A DNA stretch of 64,000 nucleotides from positions 704,891 to 768,890 of the forward strand of contig NMRA01000005.1 in assembly GCA_002633005.1 (NCBI GenBank), in the 5' to 3' direction. Positions 38,401 to 50,400 of the stretch are shown piece after piece. Numbering within the stretch: the first letter of the stretch is position 1; each line of letters starts with the position of its first letter. This DNA comes from Phoronis australis (taxonomy: Eukaryota > Animalia > Phoronida). The notes beneath the pieces were generated by a model. That model did no database searches and was not told the DNA's origin. It saw only the letters and a program-made list of their open reading frames with translations. The translations under genes were made by a program, and so were the position numbers.

Positions 38401-41400
38401 TTGATTAGGGGAAATACTGCGGTGCCGCAACCCTGATATTCAGGCGAATTGACGTGCAACGTTTTTACCTCATCTGTCATGCCGTGTCATTCTATTACAC
38501 TCCACNGAGATGCAAATAGGTCCCGGGATGCTTCGTCAAGGTTTGAAGTAGTCCCTGATGGACGGATCAAATTTAGTTGCGCATGTAAGTCTTTTGAATG
38601 GACTTGGCATCCTCAAGGGTCTTAGTGTCAACTGAGCTGCGAAACGAGATGCTGACATTGTAGAGGCTTACAAGCTCATTGACACAGCAGTTGACGAAGT
38701 GCAAGCGTTGGGAACAAACATCGAAGATATCTGGGTAGAATGGTTCCAAGATGAGCAAATCATTGGATCCGATATACAAATTCCTCAGCAGTCTAGACAA
38801 CAGAAGGATAAGACTAACGTATGAGTAACCACTGGGGATTAAAATTTTAGAGAGAAGTTTTCAATTCAATTTTTTTGCATAGTACACTTTAGGTCTCGCG
38901 ACGGACCAGGCCAGCTTGATTTGTGTAGATGTTGAGTTTCAGTGTACTTCTGGTCCCTCGGCGAACTAGTCTTGTGATTTTTTTACCAAAGTGTGCTTTG
39001 TAAAACTATTTATCTCAGCCAGTACTGTTTGGTCCCGCGACAGATAGACTATTTTTATAGGGATAATAAGCACAGGTGTACTCTTGGTCTCGTGACGGAC
39101 CAGGTCAGCTTTTTGTGTACTCTCAGTGTACATCTGGTCCCTCTGCAAACTAGTCAAGTGTATCTTTTCACCACTGTGCACAGGATGTTTTGGTTTCGTG
39201 AAACTGTTTTCAGATAATTTGTTTCCCGATAGATTTGACGTTTTTCAATTGTTGTCAACGTGATTCAGCTTAATAAAGTGATACCTAATTATTTATTGTC
39301 GCTTTTAATAATAGACTATGAGTTGAGAACACCATCGTTCGCCAGTTTTTCTCGCAGCGAGACAGAACACATGTTTATTTCCGGACTAACAGTACAGATC
39401 TTCGTTCTTAAACAACTTGAGGCTGCTGTTACGCGATCATCTGATATTCAAGTTTTTACGCCTCGTCGGTGCTCCTTAATTATGCTCTTGAATATTTGGA
39501 AATTGTCTAAACCCCTGTATACACAACACACTTTTTCGTATACGACTTTTCGTATGCTAAAAAAGGTGTGTGTAAACAGATGTTCCAACAAAATTTTTGC
39601 TGGTGGCGTGACTCATACCCAGATGTGCACAATATGGTTTCACGAAACTTATGTGCCAAGTTCATGTGACGAAATCGAGAAGGGTTTTTAATTACCTTAA
39701 GAAAAACTCCAGAGACATGTTAAGTGCCAGAAACTTACCGGGATGTATGGAAATTTCACTATTTGGCTACAAAAACAAAAAAAATTCTTACACGGGAGGG
39801 GAAACCCCCCTCCCGACCTCCCCCCGCTCGGCGCCACGCGCCTAGGATTCGACCTTTGCGGGAATCCTAAACCCCCCCTTGCTGAAAACGTAGATCCGCC
39901 ACTGCGTTAGTCTCGACCACTGACTATTTCACACTTACAGCACATTGCATGCTTATTCAGAACCAGCTGCTTAAACTCCCTCAGTTGGTCCACGGTCGTC
40001 TTTTCCACCTTTTTGAAATCATCATCAGTGATGTAAACCCTTTTAGTGACGATGTCGTTCCTATCACGACTGTCCACAAAATCAACCAGGTGATCAATAA
40101 TTTCAGAGTGGCACTCATAAGCAAGATAAATATCTTCGCCTAAATGTTCACCCTTATAAGTTGGTTTTATCGAGAGATGGTGATGCAAGTACGACTTGAG
40201 GAAATTTAAGTCAATGAAACCATTGCTGACAATTCTCCTCTTATCTTCCTCACATTTGTGGCAAGTTTGTGATGTGCATGACTTGAGGCGGCTAGACAAG
40301 CAACTGACAAGAGCGTCAGAAAACACGCTGTGACAATCACCCGCAAAGCCACTTCTAGACTTTTCGCTCGCACCACACGAGGATATCTGTATTCCAGTTG
40401 TGCCTGAAGCCGTTAGATCGAAGGCGAACCCTTGTTTTGCTGCATAGCAGCAGTCGATAACAACCAAGACATCAGCAGGATGGTCCATTTGATGTAAGAC
40501 AGTCTTTAACTGCTCAGCCTTCAAGTGTTTCTCCCCGGTTAAGAATAAGCCTTGCTTAGAATCTCCATGCCCAGAGTAGAAGATAACCAACCTTCCCCTG
40601 CCTAATAGAGGAAAATTGGCATCCATCTTCTTTACCATGTCTTGTAGTGTCGTAACAATAGCATCTGAAGTCAAGTTTCCTTTTTGTTGGCAACATAATT
40701 TAACATTGCTTGGCCTAAAAACATAAAAGGCCATGAAAGTAAAATGAAGAACGTGCTGTATATAAAAACAGTTTGTGCAACAAAAAAGACAAAAAGTATG
40801 TATACTTCAGGGCATCATGAAAATGCCTAAAATTGCAAGGAATAATTTCTGGAAATCTCCACATTATTTTTAGCAATTCTAGGAGTGTTCATCATTACCT
40901 CATCCCGCACACAGCAGGATGTTGGAATATATTGCAAACTCGCTCGGCATCACGGTAAAACATATTCTTTGGATCAACAGTTTGATAGGTGTCGCCTCCA
41001 ATTGCAAGCAAGAACCAATTATCGTTACCTACAACAAATAAAGCAAGATCAATAAAAATTAATGGTATGTTGTCATCACAATTGTTACATTAAATTTGTA
41101 TTTTGCCCTTGTCAATGCCGACTTCTTAACCAAAGTGCTTTGGGGCTTAAAAGCATTACCCTATTCATCCAATCTTAAATTATAGTCGAATGAGCCAGCA
41201 ATTCAAGTCAAAGCGCCATTGTCAAATCCGCAATTTTAAGGACGACCAACCCCAATAAACTCTGAAGCGTTTTCTTGAATTGCCAATGAAACATAATAAC
41301 ATCAATCAATTTAATCAGAGTTTCAATTTTTTCAAACAGGCAAAATTTAATATAAAGTTTTTTGTTAAGATGTGATTTACGTTTTCTTGGCTGTGCACCG

Positions 41401-44400
41401 ACAAAATGGCTGCCAACTTTGAAAGCCAATTTGTATGAGGTTTTGAAAGCAGAAATACTCATTCGAATACGAACAAAGAATACGATTAATGAAAGGTTCA
41501 CACTTCTCAAAAAACTTGCAAAATGTCGTTTTGACGGTTTTACAGAGGGGAAAATTTGTGTTTCAAAACATATTATTCTGTACCGTGATCGGAACTACAT
41601 GTACTTACCAATGGGTGCACGATTGTATTCACCATGAGAAGGACAAAACACTGGATTTGCAAATCTGTTCACGAGACAACCTTTGCAGTAGAATATACAT
41701 TGGCTATCAGGGCAAACAGAGATGCCAACTGAAAAGTAAACAAACACCAGCAATGACAGCCATCAAATCATAGCATGTGAAGTAACTAAAACGCATCAAC
41801 ATATTAGACATCATCTTCCAATTTGATTTAGGACACCAAAAGACCGATTCTGTGACGAAACCATTACACATATCTATTTACAGTAAAAACAAAGAACAGT
41901 CATCATGGGTAGTAGTTAACTGATGTTAGGTTGGTTATTGAACAAAGAACCAGTTGGTCTGGGGTCATAAATGATACATCTAGTCATACACAACTCGGAT
42001 ACATTTTATTTGCCAACTATCCCATTGAAGAGAGGTTGCTCTAAATGAGATAGTCCTGATGAAAAAAGTGTCTGTAGCACATCTCCAACACCTTACCCCT
42101 GGGGTTCATTAAGCACGATATGCACGTTTCTTTGCAAGACTCCTCAAACAGTTTAAAGTCGTTCATCGTCATCAAATCCTAAAAACAGAAAGTTTCTGTT
42201 TAAATCCTGCAACTTTACCCCAAAAAGTGTGAAGGAGTTAAAAAACTTGATATATCTATGTAATAAACTTTTGCTGTTTGCATCAGCAGTCCAACAGTAC
42301 AAAATTATACAGTTAATGTGAGTAAACTTGAGCGTACAAGGTGAACAGAATAGTTATTCCCGCACTGATGACAAACCTAAGATCATTGCAGCTCCCTCTG
42401 TGATAAGTAGCAAGAATAAAACCAATTAGTGGGGAACTTCTATGAATAAGTCACCCTCTCATCGAATTTTTCTTGCAACATACTATTTTGAATCTGGAGT
42501 TAAAAACAATACAAAATGCTAACTTATCAAATGCAAATTAAATAAACATCCATTTGGACTATTAATCTAAACCCAGCACACAGAGGAAGTAAAATATGAA
42601 CCCCTTCTGCACTTCTGTAGACTGACAAACCTTTTGTAAACTTGCTAACCACTAAATTAAGTGAAAATTTTCATTGAAATGAAACAGCAAAAGTAAATTT
42701 AGTCTGGATCTATCCATGAAATTCACTGGTCAGAACATCATGTATACACATAATACGGCACCAATGGGCATATTACCTTCAGCACATTGCACAAATCAAC
42801 TGCAGTCTTCCGTTCCTGTGGAGGCTTCAAGCACCCAATGGCAGCATCCAAATATTTTTCACTCACCTTCCCCCACATGTTCTGCAAACAGACGAAAACG
42901 ACTCTATAGCATGCCTCCAAAGTCACAAAACAGCAACAAGAATAGGGGAAAAGCGAGCAATGTGCCCGCACTGTTAAAGACCTTTTTGCCACACAAAGGT
43001 AGCTTTTGTCTACATTTGACGCCTGTACTCTGAGTAGCTGTAGGGGCAAACGTGACCTATGGGCCAGTCCATTTTTGAGTACCAATTTGATGCCCGTTAT
43101 TCAAGGGAGATAACAAGTTCTCAAAATGCAGGCCACCCCATAAGTGATTACTGTTGTATGAGCCCATTCTACAAAGCGAATAAAGAAAGAAAACCATAAT
43201 TTATTTAAACCAAAATTAAGAAAAATTCATCAAAGAAGTCCTGTATGTTTTCATCTTTGTTTGGTCTTGAATTTTTCTTAATGCATTGCGCACGATTGTG
43301 TTAACAATTGTAAATAACTATAGCATTCTTATGTATCATATGTTGGTCATATCACGTGACCTACAGTTAGAAAAGATATAGTCCTGGGCCTCGGTCGGGA
43401 CTGAGATCTACTTACAATAACTAAAGGTCACATGATGTCACCAACATATGGAGGGTAAGAAGGCTAACAATTCTTACTTACATAACATCTATGCGCTGAC
43501 TTATATAACACCACAATAGGACAGATTGGCTCACCTTGCGGGCTACTTTCCAATTTCGATATTTATTTATCAACCTCAAAAATAATTTCAGGATTTTTTA
43601 AAGTTCTAATTTTATTGTACTACACTACAGACAAATACAACCACTGTTTTTTTTACAAATTAAAGTGTCTTACATGATTTTACAGGTTAATTTTATGTAG
43701 AAATCAAGCAAATTGAGTGATTAAAAATTTCTAACTACTTTTTAGAGAGATATCAGCAAATTGTCATTGAAAGATAGTTTCATTAAAATTTACAAAGAAA
43801 TATGTTGTGTTATGAATGTACCTTTTTTAAAAATGAAACTTTGACTTGAAAAAGATGGTAACGTCATAACAACAACACTTAAGTATAAAGTGTATTTTTA
43901 CAACCCTTGATCTTTCTTCTTTAAGAAAATAAAATTTACCTTTTAATGATTGACACAGTCTAGTTCTTCTGGTATTTGACTTTGAATTAACGTTACTTAA
44001 TCAGGTCCTACGTTATCTCGACTAACAGAACCTATCTGAATCTAACGGCAAATGAGTCCATTTGTCTTTCTCTGGACTTCACACGATAGGGGTTGCTCCA
44101 TCTTTCAATGAAGATACAAATTTAAAATATCTTAGTTTTGTAGAACACAGTTATCTAAGATAAGACTTTGTTTATAACAAGTCAAAATTAAGATGAATTT
44201 AAGACAATTCTTAAGTGAAGACGCTTTGTGGAACAAGCAGCACAATCATGACAAATCAAAGTTTTAAAATTTTTGTAAAAATAAACATGTCACCTTAAAG
44301 TGTTCATATCTCAAATGTAAGCTCATTGCCATTCTTTGATATTGTGGCGACACAATGAAATACACTTCATCGCCACCTGGTGATGGAGTACTTGGTGGTG

Positions 44401-47400
44401 AGAGTTCAACGTTCTCGAATCGCGATTTAATAACCAAATAGCATTTCCCAACATTTTGTAAATCCTTTGCGACCGAAATGTCACCAAATCATTGCATACC
44501 AATGCTGTATTCAAATAACTCATGCACAAATGTCCAATATCTAACAATGTCCGTGAATGAAAGCAATTGCATTTTGCCCGTCCATTTGAAAGGTGGTCTA
44601 GGGAACGTTGCTGTCGTGCTTTCAGAGACATAAGAATTGCATGTTGAATGTATGGAATTAGATACCTTGTCGACCCAGAGACTGAGTGCCTCTTTAATCA
44701 TCGTCCAGTCATTCTCACAGTCTTTGAGTACACGGTGAATATCGTCGATTGAATTTAAGGTCAACAAGCGCAGCATGACTGAAAAAGCAAGGCGAGTCCA
44801 AGATCTGAAATAACCACAGCGTACCAAACCCTTGCACAACTCTGCTACTGCAGCAACAATGATAAAAAAATTTCCAGTTTGAGACAATCTCTAAAATTTG
44901 AGACGCCGAAATTTAAGGTGAAATTGAATTTTTTCATTCTGAAGATCGAGACGTAGAAAAATTTTGGTGTTCATTGTATTTCTCAAATATTGGGACACTG
45001 AGAACCAGTTTGATGCCTGTTATTCAGTGGGGAAACTTGTTCTCAAAATTCGGGCACGTTATATCAGACTATTACCAGACACTGTGCATCACCAAAACTG
45101 CATTTGAATACTTAGGACACCAAACTTGCATACTTTTCAGTAAATTTGCAGATATCACATGTAGACCAAACATAAAAAATTTGAGCTTGTCAGCGTGTTA
45201 GCCTATTGGAACTGTGTTCAGCTGATACTTTTCCAACTAGTTTTTACTCACTTTAATACACTTAGTGATATGATAACCAAATTTTTAAAATTCAGAATGG
45301 TGGACAGCGTTTGCAGTAATGAAAAGATCCAATTAATCAATTAATAGGTTACTTACTGAAGTTATTAATAAATAATTACGTTTAATACATGCCGCAGTGG
45401 TAATATCTACCATGAATTGTGATAAGTCACTACAAAGAGCTCCATGCTTCAAAAGTTATCATCATTTCTTAAACCAAAAACATATTTACAAAAAGTGTGC
45501 CCATGAATCTGTACTGGACAATGTTTTGCACCTGACGACATGTTCTTAAGCATTCAAAAGAGTTTGAAATAATTATTCATTGCAAGCCTCTATAAACACG
45601 CACTACCATACTGTCTGTCAAAATATCTCAACGGGCAACATATGCGCATGAAAACAACTTGCAATACAAATTCAACATTCTTTGGAACAACGAGGTAGAA
45701 ATTCACAACAGCCTCTCGCGCTTTGTCATTTTGACAATATGTAATAGCTGTAGATAATCGACCAATCACAGAGAGAAGTCACTGCTTACAGCCCCGTGAT
45801 TCGTCAGTTATCTTTACAGTTGCTATATTAAGAATGAATTGGAGAAAGTTTTCCACTTAGGAGCTCACATTTTAGTTAGAATATAATGAAATGAATATAA
45901 TGAAATGAATATGTATTAATTTAATATAATGAAATGAATATGTATTTTCAATATTTCTAATCAGGCAGTAGGCACTTTCAACATTGTTAGAAACCGTGGC
46001 GTGTGAAATGAAAAAATAACAGCTTTTGAAATCATTTTTGACCAATACTGACAAGTTTTGTCATATGTGAGACACTTCAATATGTAAGAATGTCATATTT
46101 CACAGAGATAATGGGAGGATTACTTGTGTAACAGACTGACTACTAAGATGATCATTTTATAGGTGTTAGTTCTAAGATACACCTGTAGGTGGCTTTATCA
46201 ATCAATATGTTTACTACAAGTTGTTGCTGGTAAGTTCCATAAGCTGATCATACACCATCAGAACAGAAATACTTTTGTTCTCGAAATTGATAGGTCACGC
46301 TAGGTGACCAGGTATGACTATGTAAGGTATTCATGCACTTTGAAATTCTTCTAACTATAACAGTATAAAGATGATACTACAAAAGAAATCATCTGTCTAA
46401 GATGAATGATTTTTTTAAAGAAACATTCAAGGCATTATAACTTATAAGTACTTCAGTCAACCTACTAAGTCCAACAGAATACACGTCATGTCGTGGCCTG
46501 CTTTTTGCCATGTACTGCAAAGCCTCCGGGTCACTGTAAGCTTGATTGACAACAGATGAAACAGTGGCACACGATCTGTCATCATGAATGTGACAACTCC
46601 ATCCTAGATCACCCAGACGTACGTTCAGCTTCTCATCCAACAGGATGTTTCTTGGTGCTATATCCCGATGAACAATCTGTTTTCTAAAAATAATAACAGA
46701 CACTAATAACAATGACAATGAGTTTGACAAACCTTTATGAATTAATTAGTTTTGTTTTGTTTAGGCCAAGTAAATAAGAGCAGAACACTAATTAGTTGAA
46801 ACATCAAACATTTGACGAACTTGAACTGCAGCCTATAATTCAGTAGGAAAAGAATACACTGAAAGAAACGGCTACAAGAGAGATCCTATTTATTAGCATG
46901 GGATGAAGATGAGAGAACAGGAATACCCTTATAGGTTGGTTGCCTTACAAATTGCACTCCACTCATGGGAATCACCTGTAGATTGCACCTTACAAACCCT
47001 TTGCCTTTCCCATGTAATAAATCTAATCAGGTGGAAATAATTACAGGCACACTACTTTCTTAAGGAAACTTTCATGCTCAATTAACTCAGGCATGCATTT
47101 ATGAATAGGCTTGACTTGATGCTTGGCTGGGACATATCTTGCTCTCAACAGAATTATTTTGATGTTCTAAAGACCCTTTCATGTTGACTTAACTCCAGTG
47201 TGAGGGGAGGGGGAGCTTCGATGTAAACAGCGCAGTTAACTGGACTGTTCATACTGGCTTCGGTAGTTAATGACCATCAAAGCAAGCGGTTGGTGCCGCT
47301 GTCGTCATCGAAGTTATCACAAGGTAGTGTTGCACGCTAAGATTTTTTTCAGTGTTTCAATTTGGAAACATTTACATGTGCTAAGTGACATTAAACTTAT

Positions 47401-50400
47401 TTTTAAATCGATTGGTTGTTATTAGAGAAAAAAAAGTAGCAGTAGTGATGGCACTACCCTGTAACTGTTGACGATAACAGTGGCACCTGGCGATAACTCC
47501 GATTGGACCAAAGTTAAGCGTTCATACTGCACCGCAGCGTCAACGCTGCCATGTTAACTGGAGCTGTTAACTGGGATCCAGGACCGGAGTTAAGCGTTCA
47601 TACTGACCGCAACTCCCCAAACCATCGACGCATCGACATTGGTATGAAAGGCCCTTTAGAGACAATAGCACCCAGCTTAGTCTTGGTGTAGCAAGGTCTG
47701 TAAAGGCTATTCCAATGTCACGGCTATTTCAGGGTAACAAACAACCAAATGTACCAGCATAAACTCACTTTGAGGTGGTTTTGTTGTGAAGGTGACAAAC
47801 AGCTTGACAAAGTTGATAAGTGATTCTCAACCTCATCTCCACATCAATCTCCTGGCTGGCAATGAAACGTTCCAGTTCACCTTTGACCATGTAAGGGGAG
47901 ACAATTCTCCTGGGAGGTTGCTCACACATGGCAACCACGGGAAGAATGTAAGGGTGCTTCACATGTGCAGATTCTTTTTCCTGAGGAAGACAAAAGCCAA
48001 AAAGTTACATGTCGTGAACACATCCACTAAAACAAGAAACTGTAGGAACACCGCATTTATCCACCTTCACTCTTATCAGGCTTCTATTGCGAGTCAGCAT
48101 GAGTGAATAATTGGCTGATAAGCCACCTCTGGAACTACTTTTGGCTGAATGGATGACCAGGCCATAAAATGATAATTAGCCAAGACCAGTTACTATTATG
48201 CAACAAAGAATAATGTCTTGCATCACCTAGCCTTGGTGAAAAGCTGTATACTGTATTGGCTCAAACAAACGCTTAGAAAAATTCATTTCACGGGGAGGGG
48301 ACGCTTATTGTAGTGAGCCTACGGCAGTTGAAACCCGGTTTCCCAAACGGGTAAAATCGGAAGCTAGGATTCATCAAATTTACGCTCTGTGACGTATTTG
48401 TAGCCTATGACAGCCTTTCTACAAAATTGTGGTGCATTGCTATCAACTTCCGTTGTTAAATTACGATAATTTTTCAAAAAATTGTGCTCATCACAGGGCG
48501 AAAACTTGCCGACTGATGCGTCGCTGAATCGCGATCGTCAATAGGAAAACTTGTACTCTTGAATAAAAATATAGTTTCGACTCAACAAATTACCTGAAAT
48601 CTTCCTGATGTTTTACAATTTTTAAAGTTCCTGTGGAGTCCAGATTAATTGCGATTAAGTCCAAATGTGCGCTACATCGTACTCCACAACACGAGAAAAA
48701 TCTCTGGATGAACACACATGTTGTTGTCACGTGACGTTTGTTTTGAAGGTCGTCTGCGTATGAGAGTGAGTGAGCGTGCGTGTGCGGGTCATCGACGATA
48801 GACTTTTTTGTTACAAAAGGCGGAGGATTATGCAAGAAAATGGCGTTTACTAGATTGTTTTTCACTTAAACGGCTGTAACGTGCAAGGTGAGTGCGCTCG
48901 CAGAGTCACATCTCGGAAGTTTCCGGTTTGACGGATGACAAAGAACGATCTCAATGAAATTACACAAAGTCGTTTTAGAGCTTGTAATAGCTATACAAAA
49001 CGTATTTTGAGTATTAAAATGCATTTTTTCCAAAACCTAAATAACACACGGAGTAGTTCTACATTTATACAATCCTAACTTGGGTCCTATATTTTTGTAT
49101 TCGTGCGCGCCGAATGAAAGTAATCGTGAGTGTTTCTGTGTTGCAAAATCTCTTATCCTGGGCCGATTTGAAAAATTCAAAGTTGTATTCGTATTTGTTT
49201 TCGCTCCTCTTTTCAAATATTACAGTAAAAACTACGTAAAATTCTCTCCATAAAAAGTACAGTTGTTAGGCTAGACTGTAATCAGCTGATCATATCCGCA
49301 TGAGCGAAGCCAATTATCCTCGCTCGTGACTCGATGACTAGAGCAGCTTGGCGGCATCCCTTTGATCGTGAGCCGAGTGCGACTCAGCCAAGGTGGATAA
49401 ATACGGTCTACTTCAATTTTCCATACCCCGCCGTTTACCTTAACCACTGGGGTTAGAACCAATCTTATTTAGTGGGAATGTTCATAGCATGTAAGTGGCA
49501 GGAAAGAAGGGGGCGGGGGGGTAATGAGAAAAGTTATTAGGCAAAACTTATGCCGTCACAGATTGAAGTGAGCTAGACGCAGTGGACTTAGCTGAATGCA
49601 TTGGATGAGAAAATAGGGGTCATAAACCAACACACCTGTTTAGCGTATGAGTTTCAAAGACAAAAAGCAAACAATAAGTAATGCAAGGTCACTTCCTTAA
49701 CATCGTGCCACATGCTGACATCACACTTAGTTGAAGACAATCCCACACACGAGTCATGTCATTGAAATCATGTCTCAACGTGAGGCCTTTAGATACCTCA
49801 AAAAGGATGCCAGACTGCAGCGACTGTTGCTACAGAGGACATAACTACACTTGCGTTTCACATCAACTAACTAAAGTTGTTGCCAGTTTATGATGTCCGT
49901 TGGCGAGAATCCACTAGATATGTCCGTTGGCGAGAATCCACTAAATTTGTCTATTACGTTCTAACATGACTTCTCACTGAGGACGTTTAACCTTGACCTT
50001 TCCCCTTTAGGTCTTACCATAGTGAACTGTTTGCCACTTCGACGACTTCCAGTGTCATTCCATTCCGTTTTCACAACAACTTCCAACTGTCTGAACTTCT
50101 CGCGAGCTGCATTATTAAATGAATAAAAACTATGAGTTGACAAATTAAGGTTCTTTTAAATCAGATGTGTATTGAAAGTTAGAAATGTACTGTCTTTTAG
50201 AATGCTTGCTATAAGTAGAATGTTGAAGTCCTCATTTTTGAAAGTAAAATTCTTGGGGAAAACAGCATTCTACAGAAAATCTCGCTACTGTGTATTTAAT
50301 ACTAAATGGCTTCGGTATAATTTTCAGTAACAATATGTTTAATTCATGAAATTAAAAAATTACTGGTTAGTAACAAAATTACACACATTTTACAATGGTA

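Noticed and set aside
38500-38512. Apparent ~510-bp internal deletion in hAT copy 1 relative to copy 2
   Set aside because: The breakpoint coincides with an N at 38506, so it is probably an assembly join and not a biological deletion.
39260-39845. ORFs duplicated at 61655-62534 as a gene pair
   Set aside because: They lie inside the two hAT copies and their frames are not conserved between copies.
39907-40734. Stand-alone bacterial caspase gene or contamination
   Set aside because: The ORF lacks the first strand of the fold, which is supplied by spliced exon 41028-40899; it has canonical splice sites and sits among eukaryotic transposons.
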